From Rhizaria sp. SCN 62-66 (lineage: Eukaryota): 64,000 bases of DNA. Position numbers and translations under genes: made by a program. The notes under the pieces were generated by a model. The model made no database searches, was not told the origin of the DNA, and saw nothing but the letters and a program-made list of their open reading frames with translations. The stretch lies in NCBI GenBank assembly GCA_001724265.1, contig MEDY01000108.1:1-64000 (forward strand), read 5' to 3'. Shown here piece after piece: positions 1-12,863 of the stretch (position 1 is the first letter of the stretch; each line of letters opens with the position of its first letter).

Positions 1-285
1 ACCACCCTTATATGGCCGCGGGGAATTGATGTTTGGTGGTGTTTGCCCCAGTGTGAGCCTGTGAGACTTGGTGTTTTATGCAGAATGTCGGTTGTGACAG
101 CATCAACTTGAACACACTCGGATTATCAAATGAATATTTGCTGTTAAATCTTTGAAGCTGATTTATTTTCCAGTCAAAGACTGATAATATGTGCATTCTA
201 AGTGTTGCCGCGAAATGACGTCCGTCTCATATCGTCTCTCTCTTTTACGTGCGCGCTGCGCTTGTTTTGTTTCATGCGCAGTCAG

Positions 286-2457
286 ATGTCTAAGACGAGC
301 TCGCCCGCGCTGCTGCCTTCTGGTTGGTCCTCCGACCGCGACCGCTGGGGTCGTGAGTACTATATCAATCACGCCACCAGCACCACACAATGGGACCACC
401 CACAGTCAATTTTGACTTCGACGACTGCATCCACTAGTGCCAACGCCAGCAATGGTGCTGAAAAGCAAGCCGCGCCTCCTTCATACGCGGATCTAAGCGC
501 GCCCCTTAATAACAGCAGCAATAGTCATGCTCTCACCGCGAACTCTAGCGTCTCTAGCTCAAGTTCTGCTGCGAACGCTGGTGCAACCGCCGTCGACACG
601 AGCAGTGCGAGCTATTCTGCTCCACCCGTCATGCCCGGCTACTCTACTCTCACAGTTACGAGCTCATTGTCCCCGCACGAGCCGCCAATCCTGCTCTCCG
701 TCGTTCCCTCAGCTTACCAGACCGCAGCCGCGGCCGCATCACAGGCTGCAACACAGGCCGCCCTGCTCTCCGCTGGCGGCCCTGAGCCCGCCTACGCCGC
801 CGGTGCCCTCGACCCTGCGCTGGCATCCGACGCGGCTTTTGCAGACGCCCCGCGCGTGTCCCCGCTGTCGCCCGCACTGGTCATGAACTCCGCCGGCGCA
901 GATCTGTCGCTGCCGTGGCGTGTGCACCGCAACGGGCTCTGCACCGCGCTACGGCTCGGCTGCGCGGCGTTCCCGCTTGGCACCGCGCTCACGCTCATGA
1001 CACTGCTGTTTACGGCACTTACCGGCGCGATGATTGCGGTGTACATGAAGACGCGTGTTGGGCGTGCTGTGTGGGACCGCGATCTGCTCATTGGGCCAAT
1101 CATCATCAGCGCGATGATCACGTTCATGCTGTATCTGTTCCACTGTCTAGCGCACGGAGCGGCAATGGGGATTAGCCAGCTCAAGTGCTGCTGCTGCGCG
1201 CGGGTGCCTGCGCTCGGTCTTGCCGGTTCCCGCGGCAAAAGCAGCAAATACAATATCCCTCGTGCGCAGTTGCAGCAGCAGCAGAGGGTGGCGCTGAACC
1301 CGAATAACAGCGCCGAACAGAGCGATAGCTACATATCATCTGCTGCAACTAACTCCACCCCAGGGCCGTTCAACGGCAATGCACCCGTGCCTGGTAACGG
1401 TCATGGCAGCAAGTTCTTTAGCGAGAATATGACTTGGGGCGCGGCTGAAGCGCTTCAACCCTCGTATCTTCCAAAGTATACAGGTTATTTTGACCAGCTG
1501 CTCACTGATACTGCGACATATGAAGATTTGGTTGAGTACGTTGACCGTACACGCACTGCAAGGCTCGTTGCCACAGTCAACGTGCGCTGCATCAATACGG
1601 AAGCAAACTCCTTCAACTGCTCGCGCATGCAAGTCGCATATACGTAAGTTTCCACATCAATGTCTGAGTGTATAATCAACGTAAGACTTCTTTGCTTTAC
1701 ATATTGCCGTTTTGATACTTTATTCCTTTTTAAGACTCTCTAATCTATCTCATCTTCACAACATCACTTTTTTTGCCAATAATCCAACTTCTTAAAACAA
1801 CTTTTTACGAATGTCCTCAACATGATTCCGACATGTACATAATGTTTGCACGGTGCTCAGCGCGCAGGCGCCGCTTGTGGTATCTTTTGCGCGTGATGCC
1901 ACGCCGAGCCGCGAGAACGTGATCTCGTGGCTGAATCGCGAAGCGCGTGGCGAGAGCTTTATCGTCCACTTGGATCACGAGATGGCTGTTCCACTACCGC
2001 AGAAGGATTTGCTTAATGCAATCTGCACGCACTACGAGGGCGTATATGCCGCTGTAAGTGATACCGCCAACGCATGGGTTCAAGTTGAACCCACTGTCAC
2101 CCCGACGAAAGGAGCCTTTGTCGTGCACCAGGTACGTCATAGTTCACAATTTCCCCCCAATACTCGCTAAATCTTACGAATCAGCAAAACTCACACTTTA
2201 AAATCTCAACTTTTCATCTTTCATTTGTCGCGTAGGGCGAGAAGCCAACTTGCTTAGTCTCGATTCTTCGGTCTGGCTGTTGCGCGCTCATGGCGATTAC
2301 ATGCTGCTGTGCGCCGTGCTTTACTGGACTCTGGTTCTGGATCCCGCGCGTCCGTCTTGGCAGCAAGAAGATTGTGCGCATTACGCCCCCGCTGCTTGAG
2401 TCTGACCCCAACAAGCTTCGCATGACAGACTATAAGCGTTACGGCCAACAAAACTAA
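286..2457 (+). CDS. WW-domain membrane protein; C-terminal part weakly resembles the TMEM151 family. Exons 286-1643, 1861-2131, 2236-2457
   Basis: N-terminal WW motif LPSGWSSDRDRWGREYYINHATSTTQWDHP and two hydrophobic helices. GT..AG introns keep the frame, and the gene ends TAA at 2455-2457. The TMEM151 resemblance is from memory only. Confidence 0.7.
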
Positions 2458-3352
2458 CATGTTTAAGTATCTAAAGCGCGGGGAATATCTTGACGCCCTT
2501 TTGAAGAAGTATCACTGTCTGATCGGTTGACACTTTTTTCTTTTATATCTTATTCTTTCCTCATACTGCTTGTTCTCGTATATCTCGCGCAGTGTTTCGT
2601 TACTCGTGCACAAAAACCATCAAGTGCAGGACCTACTTTATATCTTTTTTATTTGCTTCTGGCAGTCATACTTTGAAAGTATTACACCAGAAAGTTATTA
2701 AATGTTTCTTTTTGCCTGTAAAAACAAACGCACCTCCGTGTTTCTTTAATATTGTACGTCCCTCATCAATGCTCGTTTCGTGTTATTGGTAGGATCAATT
2801 ATCAATTATGACACTCTCGGTCTATGTGTTGTACTGCTTCACAGCAATCATTAATACTAGTACAAAGAGTTGCGTTTGCGCCAAAAAATCTTCCTCTCAA
2901 CTGTCGTGTTCAATTGTAGGCTTCACGATTTACTCAACTTTTGTTGATGTTACTGTACTACTAGTAGTACAATTGTTACGAGTGACTTGAACTGCGTAAC
3001 CTAACTTATGCCGAGAACTCTTCAACACGAGGCTTGTATTTGGCAATCCGGCTGAATCATCTTGAATGAGTGTTACGTTAACATGGCATTCACAGAATCA
3101 TGTCGCGATTGTGCAGACTGGAGGGAACAGCTGAGCCTGTCATGAGAAGGAGTTGCACCTCTCGGGAGGAACAATCTTATTGTGATTTTTTTTTTAATGG
3201 ATGAGATAAAACTTAGTTATACATATGAATATTGAAACAGATTGATAGATCATTGATATTTTCAATGAAAATTAAGTTTTGTTTAAAAACATCAAAATAC
3301 GATTTAAATATAAAATTTGGCTGCCTGCGACATAGACCGAAAATGTCCAAAT

Positions 3353-3433
3353 GGTGTCGTAACAAAGTGGTTACTGTGGAAGACTAGAAATCTTCTGCCT
3401 TCGGGCGCGTGAGTTCGAATCTCATCGACATCG
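3353..3433 (+). tRNA. tRNA-Ser(AGA)
   Basis: Acceptor GGTGTCG/CGACATC, anticodon arm GAAGA-CT AGA AA-TCTTC, long variable arm, GTTCGAATC T-loop, T-run downstream. Confidence 0.93.
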
Positions 3434-4280
3434 CTTTCTTTTTGGCCCTCCGACGGACTGCCAACCTTTTGTTTTGCCTCCCTCTCCGCCACTCTCGCGT
3501 CAGGTACGTACGCTCCATGGCCTGGAGACGTTACGCATCTCTTTTTGTCTCAAGCAACAAACAAGACGATGAGTATCCGTACAGTATCATCATCCCTCAT
3601 GTCAGTTACTGCAGTGAACGTACTTCGCGAGTGAGCAACAACTGTGCCACAAGGATGTGCAAAGGGAGCATGACGACTAAAAGCTTATGACCAGCGCGCA
3701 TGCAGTTCGACAGGTGTTGCTCAGCATCGGCGTAAACACCATCAGACTCAACAGCAGCAGTCTTCGCCGCAATCGAAGCCGCAGCTTCAAACTGCCGTTC
3801 GCCACTGCGGGGCCCACGGTCACTGACCGCGACCCGACGGCGTGCGGAGCCGCCTCAGCGTACCGGTCTCGCGTCCTCCGTACGGCGCCGCCGCGTCCGA
3901 GGCGACTACGACTACGGTCACGCCCGCTGTGATCACGAACGCGCCCAGACGCACCGTCGTTGCTTTCTCTGTCTCTGCCACAGCGAGCAAGGGGTGTTCC
4001 TTATGACTAGTACATAGGGCTGTGTCACTACTACTGTTGTAGTAACGTCTTCGGTAATAGCAGCGACAGTTGGCAACGTGCGACTCGTGTCAGATACTAA
4101 GTAGTGTGGCAACGTGCGATACGATGTTGACCGAGCGTAGCCTTGCGGAGCTCATCGACGCTGGACAGCGTGCGGCGAGCGGGGTGAGGCAAGCTCTGCG
4201 CGCGCAAAAAAAAGAGTCACGATGGGTTGGGAACGTGCTCTGTGTGCGTGCAAGCGTTGCGAATGGGGACAAAAAGTATA

Positions 4281-4352
4281 TGTACTAGCCGGGGTTTGAA
4301 CCCGGGGCCTTTCCGTTGCGAACGGAACACTCTACCACTGAGCCACTAGCAC
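4281..4352 (-). tRNA. tRNA-Ala(CGC), copy 1
   Basis: Reverse complement folds as GTGCTAG/CTAGTAC acceptor with G3:U70, anticodon arm TTCCG-TT CGC AA-CGGAA, GGTTCAAAC T-loop. Confidence 0.93.
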
Positions 4353-4427
4353 GGCTGCTGTTTACAAGCTTCTTGTCATCTTGACGGGGAAAGAGAGAGG
4401 TGCAAAGAAACAAAACAAAAAGAAGTG

Positions 4428-4500
4428 TGTAGCTTGGGGGCATTGATCCCCCTGCCCCGCGCATGCTAAGCGCATACTCTACCATCTGAGCTAAAGCCAC
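4428..4500 (-). tRNA. tRNA-Ala(AGC), copy 1
   Basis: GTGGCTT/AAGCTAC acceptor with G3:U70, anticodon arm TGCGC-TT AGC AT-GCGCG, ATCAATG T-loop with A54 as in eukaryotic tRNA-Ala(AGC). Confidence 0.92.
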
Positions 4501-4561
4501 TGACTACATGTTGTACTTGCGCAACTTGCTTACACATTGAGGTAGCGAACAAAAAAAAGAA

Positions 4562-4634
4562 AGCCACCGGCGGGGCTCGAACCCGCGGCTAATCGGTTAA
4601 GAGCCGAACACTCTACCGACTGAGTTACGACGGC
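4562..4634 (-). tRNA. tRNA-Lys(CTT)
   Basis: GCCGTCG/CGGTGGC acceptor, anticodon loop CT CTT AA, GGTTCGAGC T-loop. Confidence 0.92.
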
Positions 4635-7203
4635 AATCGTATACACTTGTTACTTGAGAAAGAGAAGAAACAAAAAGAATAAAAATCAAAAGCAGGATGC
4701 TCTTTTAATTTGATGGCTATTGGCGAAAAATATTCAGTACAAGTAGTTGTTATTGCGTATCATGTACATTGAGCATAGCGACAATATCACTCGTATTTAC
4801 CGTTAATTCACAGCTGAAAACGCTATATATAACTCAGTAAGTTATTCGGATGTCTTATGCAAGATTTCACAATGCATCGCGCTCGGGGCACCGCAGGTGA
4901 GCCAAGCAGCGTTGAGGCAATTGCAGATGGGGCTCGCGCAACTGTTATCTTTCGTGCAGCAGCTTTGCTTGCTTATGAAAACTTGCGATCCAACTTGATT
5001 GTGAATGCACAGCTTTGTAATCCACTCTTATATTCCAAAACAGCTTCAACATGTTGTCAATTTCGCCTGATGATGAGCGTTTCCCGGCGCACGCTTCGCA
5101 TTTTCGCCTTGCAGCTCGTGAAGGCGTCTTAGGGAGTCGTGTGCATTGATGTTTTGCGCGGTCGAGCAATGCACCCTTTCTTGCGCTCTACCGTCACAAA
5201 CGCATCTTACCTTGCGTTAACGAGCATCTGGTCAGGCCAGTGAGAGAATAGTTTACGGCAGTTTGCCTCCCACTGCAGCGTCAGTAGAGCCGCTGATGTA
5301 CCCAGCTGGTACAGTGCTTATGTGCCCACGCTCTGTCGTTCTCAATATGCGCATGCGTAACAGCGATAACGGCAACAGTCGCAGTCAGTTTTCCGGTTAT
5401 CAGCAAGTCTCTCACGGCTCTCGCTCAGACTGAGCGTCGGGCCCACTCATAGTGTGTGCGACCGAGTGGTTAAATGCAGCGCAGCTGGGAGACGAACGGT
5501 ACGCGGTGCTCAAGGCAATGCTGCGGTGGCCGCACCCGCAGCTCGACATGTGTGACGATCTGCACTCTGGTCTCTCGACGATCAAACAATTCCTGAGTGA
5601 TTAAGACCTTTCATAAAAACAAGCGACTGTGTTTGATGTCTGTCGACGCTGCTGACATATGTTACACTGTGCTACTGCGTACTGAACGCAGTTCGCGTTG
5701 TGACCATGTTTATATGCCCATAGTTATGTTGAAACACTTAGTTTATTTGTTTATGTTCAAGTACTAGTATGCTTAAAAGATAATCTTCTTCAAGTCAACA
5801 CTATGAATAAGAAAATGTTTGACGTTATAATATTAGTTCTCGTCATATATCACAAGAAGTTTATTAATACAATGCGCTTTAGCTCGTTCATATGCTCTTT
5901 ATATCATCTTTTAAATTTATAATTGATCATATTTGACACCGTCAATATTCAAGCTTGATATTTCGTTGAGGTATCACATTGTAGCAGTGTAACGCTTGCG
6001 CTCTTAAGCACAACAAAGGTGTCAAATGCGTATTGCACGAAGTCCGCCTATGTACGACGAGTGTACGCGACATGCGCGCGTTGTTCATGACCAAGATGTT
6101 GCGGAACTCGTGGAAGAATAGTCCTTGCGGACGCAGTGCCACTACAGACAGTTCACTGTCATCTTGTCCGACTTGAAGTGTACACCGACAGTCACGCGAG
6201 CGGTATCCGGCCTTGCATTGCGATTGAGCAGAGGCTTCTCCGTAATGTGTTGACTCGGTGTTGTATCTTCGTCTACAGCGACTTGTGTACACACACTAAC
6301 TCACCGCAGTTTCAACTGCTCCTTCGCTGAAAGCTTCTACGTCGGTCACAACAGAAGCACAGAACATGATCGATATGTCGAGCGCAGATGCAGGAAGCAG
6401 CGGACAAGAGCAATCATTGATGGCAACTTAGGCTTCGCATTACCAAAGAAGCCAATGGCTGAGCATGACGAGCGCGAACGTACTGACACAAGAGCTCGCA
6501 TGTTGCGGACTGAGGCGCACTCACGCTTCGCCCGGCAGCAATTGTTCGGAGCACGAGTACGTGCAAAACGAGACAGTGGATGCAGCAGTGGAATCAGTTG
6601 CTACCAGTGCGCGCGCGTCAGTTCAAGTTTTGTGCTACACCCGCAGCTGAAAGCAAGCTGACATTACTCCACTTGCTCGCAATTACGTCGCACGTGGCAT
6701 TTGGAAAGTAGGCACAAGCGCTCTCAGTTTGCTTATGTTGCGCTCTATAAACTATTAATTTAAGGCACGGCGAAGTATTGGTCGCAGGACTCAGTGGCGC
6801 TGTCGCTCGGGAGTCTGAAAGCGCGACTGACGCAGTCAGCAAAGGAAGAGACAGAGACTGAGGCGCGCGCATGACACGTTTACACACGCGCTGTTGACCC
6901 TGAGGTGAGATTGGAGAAGGGGCGGTGCACGCGCTTGAGGGCGTCACGTCAACTGGGTGACCGAACGGCCACCACGGGCGCTGCCGTTGAGCTTACGTGA
7001 TACAAAGCGCGTATCAGCGGCGGGCGGCACTCCAATGCATTTCGCTGGCTGGCAAGCGGATCTGGTTAGCAATAAGAAATTACTCTCATCTCGCCAGCGA
7101 GCAGTCCGTGGCGACCGGACGACCAAAAAGAAAACTACAACTGCGCCTCGCGTTGCGTAACGCTTGCGCGGGGCGGGCATTGTGAGAAAAATCAAAAAGA
7201 ATA

Positions 7204-7275
7204 TGTACTAGCCGGGGTTTGAACCCGGGGCCTTTCCGTTGCGAACGGAACACTCTACCACTGAGCCACTAGCAC
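7204..7275 (-). tRNA. tRNA-Ala(CGC), copy 2
   Basis: Gene body identical to 4281-4352. Confidence 0.93.
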
Positions 7276-7331
7276 AGTTGTTGGTGCTTACGTTAGATCG
7301 AACTTGGGAGCAAAACACCAAAAAAGAAGTG

Positions 7332-7404
7332 TGTAGCTTGGGGGCATTGATCCCCCTGCCCCGCGCATGCTAAGCGCATACTCTACCATCTGAGCTAAAG
7401 CCAC
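7332..7404 (-). tRNA. tRNA-Ala(AGC), copy 2
   Basis: Gene body identical to 4428-4500. Confidence 0.92.
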
Positions 7405-9134
7405 TGTGTTCTTGTTACATTCACTTGATTATAACGCCAAGTGAGATGCAAAAGAAAAGGTTCAAGAACTTCACCGAAGCGAAGACCTGAAACTAATGCT
7501 TGGACAAAGCTTGGAAATTTTGTATATTATATGGCATACCTGGAAGATCGGGCCAGTTTCGACCTCGGTAAATGAATCGGGATAATAAACCATACATAAG
7601 CACTGAATGAACATAAATAGATAACAACCTAAAAGAAAATGTTGACATCTATAAATAAGCATGTGTTGTTTTCGAGTTCAGTGACTGATATGGCCTAATT
7701 GTAGCACAGAAATCTGGATTCGGGTGGAGAGTTGACGCTTACTAGTAAGTAAGCTTACTAATGCTAGCATCGGCGAGGCTCAATTCTCGACTTCGATAGT
7801 TCGCTTTGATAAAGCAGCTAGTGAGCTATTAGAAAGTTTATCAAGCGTTAATACGTGTTGATGATGCTCTGAAATTTGTTAATTGTCAATACTCAGACGT
7901 AATTGAACTAGAGCAGCGCTTTATGTCACCTAGCCTGAGTGACCATCAAGATACGCCTGTTTCTCCTCCTCTTAAACGCGACACACGCCTCGAATACTGA
8001 AATACCACATGCAAGACTTGTTTATCTCATTTATTCGCGTTGAATTTACTATGTTTTATTACCACAGCTTAAAATGATGCGAGCTGCAGTCGCCTTTTAC
8101 AGAGGAAGCTTGATGGACTCGTAGGAGTAACTGTACTAGTAGCGTTGCACTTCCCCTCCTCTCTCGGCATCTCTGTCATCTGTCCGACGTTACGTTCTCG
8201 TTCCCCACGGGTAACCGCGACGCGTTGTTGCGCTTTATCGCCGTTGTGCCCGTGTAGTGTAGCGCAAAAAGTGGTTCAGATGCTCCAGATAGTGGTGGAA
8301 AAGAAGCTTGGGCTGACAACGAATAAGGAGTGGGAGAACGCCGTCAAAGTCGTTGCTGTCGTCATTTCACCCCATCAAGCGAAAATCCCTCGGTTGTCAC
8401 AGTAGAATGTCGACCGTGGCAAGGGCCTTCCTTTGTATTTTATCAGTACTCGTGACGGATGCCGCGGTGTTCTTGGAACGCCAATGCCGGATTGGAAGTG
8501 AGCAGCTCACGTGCGCACGCATTTGATATGCAGACATGCCCACAATTGGTTATATTGCGTTTGTGACTGCGTCTGTAACTCTTTTGAATTTTGTTTTGCG
8601 TTGCACGTCTGTTTGGAAGCCACGGATTGGCATCAAATGAAACGTTGTAAAACGTCATAGGCACGTACTGTTGTGGTGAAAGAATAGCAGTGATGTAAAT
8701 ATTGTAACTAAAGTACATGTACAAAGATACCGGGAATGTTGCAAAGCTTCAAGAATCACACGCGTACTCTTGTTCAAACAAGAGTAGCAACTTTGAGAGG
8801 AAACAAACGAGATTTATGTATTAGAAAAAACTATAATATACCATACATTACCAAACAGTTCATCACGCATATGAAACACGGACAACAAAATACAAATACT
8901 TCCCATCTTGAACTAAACTTCAACTATAACCGCTATGTCAGCAGTCTACGTATTCTTCGCACCTAGACATGGCCACATACATCGTCCTATCTCCACTCTA
9001 TCTTTCTTCTCTACAATATTTCCTCGTGCCTTGTAAGCAGGAAATAGATCCTCTGACAAGGCACATCTCAGTACCTTCGCCGCCCATGGTGGCAGAGATC
9101 ACCTACGTATCTAAGTACCTCCTTGCATCGAGAC

Positions 9135-11171
9135 TTACTTGCCGCCGCCCATGGTGGCCGAGAGAACCTCCTCCTCTTTGAGGTGGCCCTGCAGCACCCG
9201 CAGCCGCTGCCGTAGCGCGCTGATCGAATCCGCCTTCTGCACCAGCAGATCATCCAGCAGCGTAATGTACTGGTCGACGCTGTGTCCCATCGTGTCGAAC
9301 CGCTTCATGAGCTCCATCTCCTGCTTCACGATGCGCATCGTCGCGTCGATGTGCAGGCGGTGGCTCTCCATCAGCGCCTCCTCTTCATGCATGATCTTCA
9401 TGCAGAGCTCGCTGTGGGTTTTGGCCAGGTCACTGCCGTACTCGAGCTTCACGCCGCCGCCAGAGCCGTCGTCGCCGTCGTCGTCGTCGTCGAGCAGGAT
9501 GCCGTTGTTGCTGTTGTTGTTGAGGTCGATCAAAGAGTCATTGCTCGGGTAATCGATGTTGTCGTTGTACATATCCTTGCTACCACCAGCCTTACCACTG
9601 ACAGCGCCAGCGGCAGCGCCAGCGCCGTTGTTCTGGTAGTGGTAATTGCCGGCGACAACGTTCCGCGGTGCCGCCCCGTTATTGTTGTTGTTTGCGGCGG
9701 CAAACCGCGGGTGCTGCGCATAGCTCTCCGGCACAGCGCTGGGGTTCACGCTGCCGTGCGCGGCGGCGGCGGCCTGTTGGGCGGCGGCGCTGGCCTGCTG
9801 CGCGCGGCGCTGGCGGTCCTTCTCGGCGTCGACCTTGGCCTCGGCCTTGGCCTGCTCGCGCGCAACGGCCAGGCGGTCGTGGTGGTTCAGGATCGCGTCC
9901 ATGTCAATCTCGTCGTCCTCTGTACCAAAGCAAAAAACAAACAGCAACAACAACAACAAAAAAGAAGAAAAAAAGAAGAAGACATAAAGAGAGAGTGAGA
10001 TATGTTCACAATAGGACAAAAGTTGATCTAGTGCTATACAGTCTCAACGATTTAAAACGAAACAACAAATAAAGATAGAGCATCACAGAATATAAAATTC
10101 AACGCAATTAAAAATTATCTCGACATAAAAAAGCTCCGTTGTTTCGGGACTCAAACGGACCTTCTTCGTCGGGCATGGTGGCGTGCTGGACGCCACGCTT
10201 ACCCATGTGCGGCATATACGCGGCCTTACTTCCCGACGAGCCCTCTTCCTTGAGCTCCTTAACGCGGTCGGCGTAGCGCAGCGTGTTGAGCGTGTGCTCG
10301 CACGCGCCGCTGTTGGGGGAGATGTTGGCGACCATGATCGTGCGCGAGTTGCCGACGAACGAGTCCTTGAGCACCTGCGTGAGGGTGCTGGCACGAAACG
10401 GCAGGTGCTTCCCGCCCTGGTCCAGCGCGCGGATGCACTCCTTGAGCGCGAGCAGCGACTTGTTGATCTCGGCGCCCTCCAGCCGCGTCCCACGGTCATT
10501 GTTCGCTGTGTCAACGCCGCGCTCGGAGCCGGCCAGGTCGATGAAGGAGAACTTACCGGCGGGCTTGAGCACCTTGCGCTCAGCTCCGGTGCCGAAGCGC
10601 TTAAACTGGATCTGCACGATGGCGTGCGAGCGCGACGAGTCGACGTTGGCGCCCGTGACGCCGGTCGAGCGGATGGAGTTGCCGTGCGTGATGTGCTCGA
10701 GAAGCTCGTCGACGGAGTTGACGCGGAAGTCGAGCAGACCGACAATGTTGACGGCCTTGGCGGCGTCCTCGCGGGCGACAAGCCGCGCGCGGGCGTTGAG
10801 CAGGTCGAACGGCTTGCCGCCATAGATCTCGAAGAATGACACCCACACCTGGAGGTCCGCGTACTGCGGCTGCTCGAGCATGCGGAACATGTCGCTTGCA
10901 GCCAGCGCGTAGAGGCCGTTCTGGTACTGCTTGCCGCCGCCGGGACCCATCATCGTGAAGGTCTTGCCAGAGCCCGTCTGGCCGTAGGCGAAGCAGGTGG
11001 CTTTGCCGTTGTTCATGGCGAAGGTGACGAGAGGACGGCACGTGCGCTGATAAACATCCTATAGATCATTGAAGAAATACAAAGTGAAAAAGTGAGGATA
11101 TAGAAATAATAAGTAATAATCTTGATAGATAATCTCAATTTATGTTGTTATACATTGTTTCTTGGTTCCTG

Positions 11172-11217
<46 letters not shown>

Positions 11218-12098
11218 ATAAACGTACCTCGTTGTTAGAGTCCTGGCCGAAGACTTCGTCAAAGATGAACTTATGACTCTCGACATACTTGGTCAAGTCA
11301 ACCTTGACTTTGGGCTCGTGGATGGTGCACGTCTGCGCGGTCTTGCCCGCGGAAACGACGTCAATCTCACCACGGTTACGTTCCTTAGTCGACAGGGGGC
11401 GCTTGCGGACGGCGACGCGGATCTTGGACCCACTGTTAGCGATTTAAAAAAAGGTATAGTATGTGCATAGAGATAACTGTAAATTGATATAGAACATAGT
11501 ATTCACACGTATTTACTAGTCGATCATATTAAGTTAAGTCAAATCTGTGCATATCAAAAATAGAGATGGTCAAATGTGTGATTTAGTGCTAAATTTGTTC
11601 GTACCTGGAGTCGCCGAGCGAGCCGCGCATGTCGCTCCAAACGTCACGCTGCTCGCCACCAGCAGCAGCGGCGGCAGCAACAGCGGCGCGTGGCTGCTGC
11701 TGCGGGGGCTGCTGGTAGCGGCTGGGCGCGGCCGCGGCCGCGGGGGCGTTGTTGTAGTTGTTGGTGGGGACGCGGGCGACAGGAGGCTGCTGCTGCGGAG
11801 GCTGCTGCTGTTGCGGCGGGGGCTGGTAGTACGCGGCGGGGGCGGCGGCGGCGGCCGGGGCGGCGGCGGGCGGCGCGTGGGAGCGCGTGTCGGCCTTGGC
11901 GAGCTCTGTCTTAACGACTGTGACGAGCTTGTACAGCGTGCGGCGGTCCGAGGGGTTGGTGACGCCGAGGGCGTCGTAGTCGGCGAAGGTGAGGTCGGCG
12001 AAGTTGGACTCGTTGACGCCGGCTTCGAGAAAGCGCGGGTAAAAGCGGCTGAGGCCGGCGGTGTGGAGCCAGAGCGCAACGCCCTTCTTGTCAGCCAT
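9135..12098 (-). CDS. Kinesin-13 (KIF2/KIF24-like microtubule depolymerase) with N-terminal SAM-like domain. Exons 12098-11605, 11432-11228, 11058-10161, 9919-9135
   Basis: [14 protein letters not shown] finger ([13 protein letters not shown]), P-loop [32 protein letters not shown] (KEC motif) and a C-terminal coiled coil. Splice phases are consistent and the gene ends TAA. Confidence 0.95.
11172..11216. repeat. (GAT)n microsatellite in a kinesin intron
   Basis: About 15 perfect GAT units. Confidence 0.95.
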
Positions 12099-12863
12099 GG
12101 TGGGACGGGTTGGGGGGATTCAACAACGCAGAGCTCAGGGGTCTGTGATTCTTAGTGACGCGTGGAGTGTTCGCGGTTAGATGAACAAAGGATGGAAGAC
12201 TGGTGTGGTATAAGAAAAAAGACAATGCATTGTTGTTGTGAAACGAAGTGAGATTGTTTTGGAAGGAGATCAGACAGAGATATGGAAGGAGTTGTGAGTG
12301 GGGGCGGGAGAGAGGCGAAGCAACGGCTATGGGGGAAACGGTGGATATACACAAGCTCCGCTGAATTAAAGAGACAAATAAGTTAATCAATGGCTATCAT
12401 CAACATAGAAGTTACTAAATCGAGTAGTATCAGCGCTGTCTGGCCTTTTTTCTCGGGCAAATCTAGATAGAGGGAATAGGCGGATGTGAAGGAGTCGAAT
12501 CAAACAACACGCTCCTGCGAACACAATGAAATAGAGAGCCTTCCAGTTCCTTCAACGCACTGACAGTTGATAAATAGAAAAAATGTACATGCTTCCTTTC
12601 GACAATAAATGAAAAATGCATACGGACGATTGTTTTGGTCGTCATTTAAAGCCCTCGAGTGTGTGATGCCATCACTCTGTCCGTTGGCTCGTGGCCGCCT
12701 CCGTTCAGCCCACGGTCACTTGCCAGATCCTTCGTTAAAATAGCTTTTCACTTGATTGCAGAACAAAAATAAAAGCCTATTGTGACGAAATTTGGATTTA
12801 TTGTATTAATTTCTAGTTCATATTCAAATATATGAGTTTGACGTTCTCACTGTCTATATACGC

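Noticed and set aside
4857-7190. Intact protein gene between the tRNA clusters, even allowing TAG=Gln
   Set aside because: The frames I followed still hit TGA/TAA within ~130 codons, and no motif or consistent splice pattern was found.
9139-12155. Long antisense and alternative-frame ORFs over the kinesin and other genes (e.g. 9282-9998 +, 10183-10839 +, 27007-27954 -)
   Set aside because: These are shadows of GC3-rich codon usage and trinucleotide repeats on the real coding strand, with no independent motifs.
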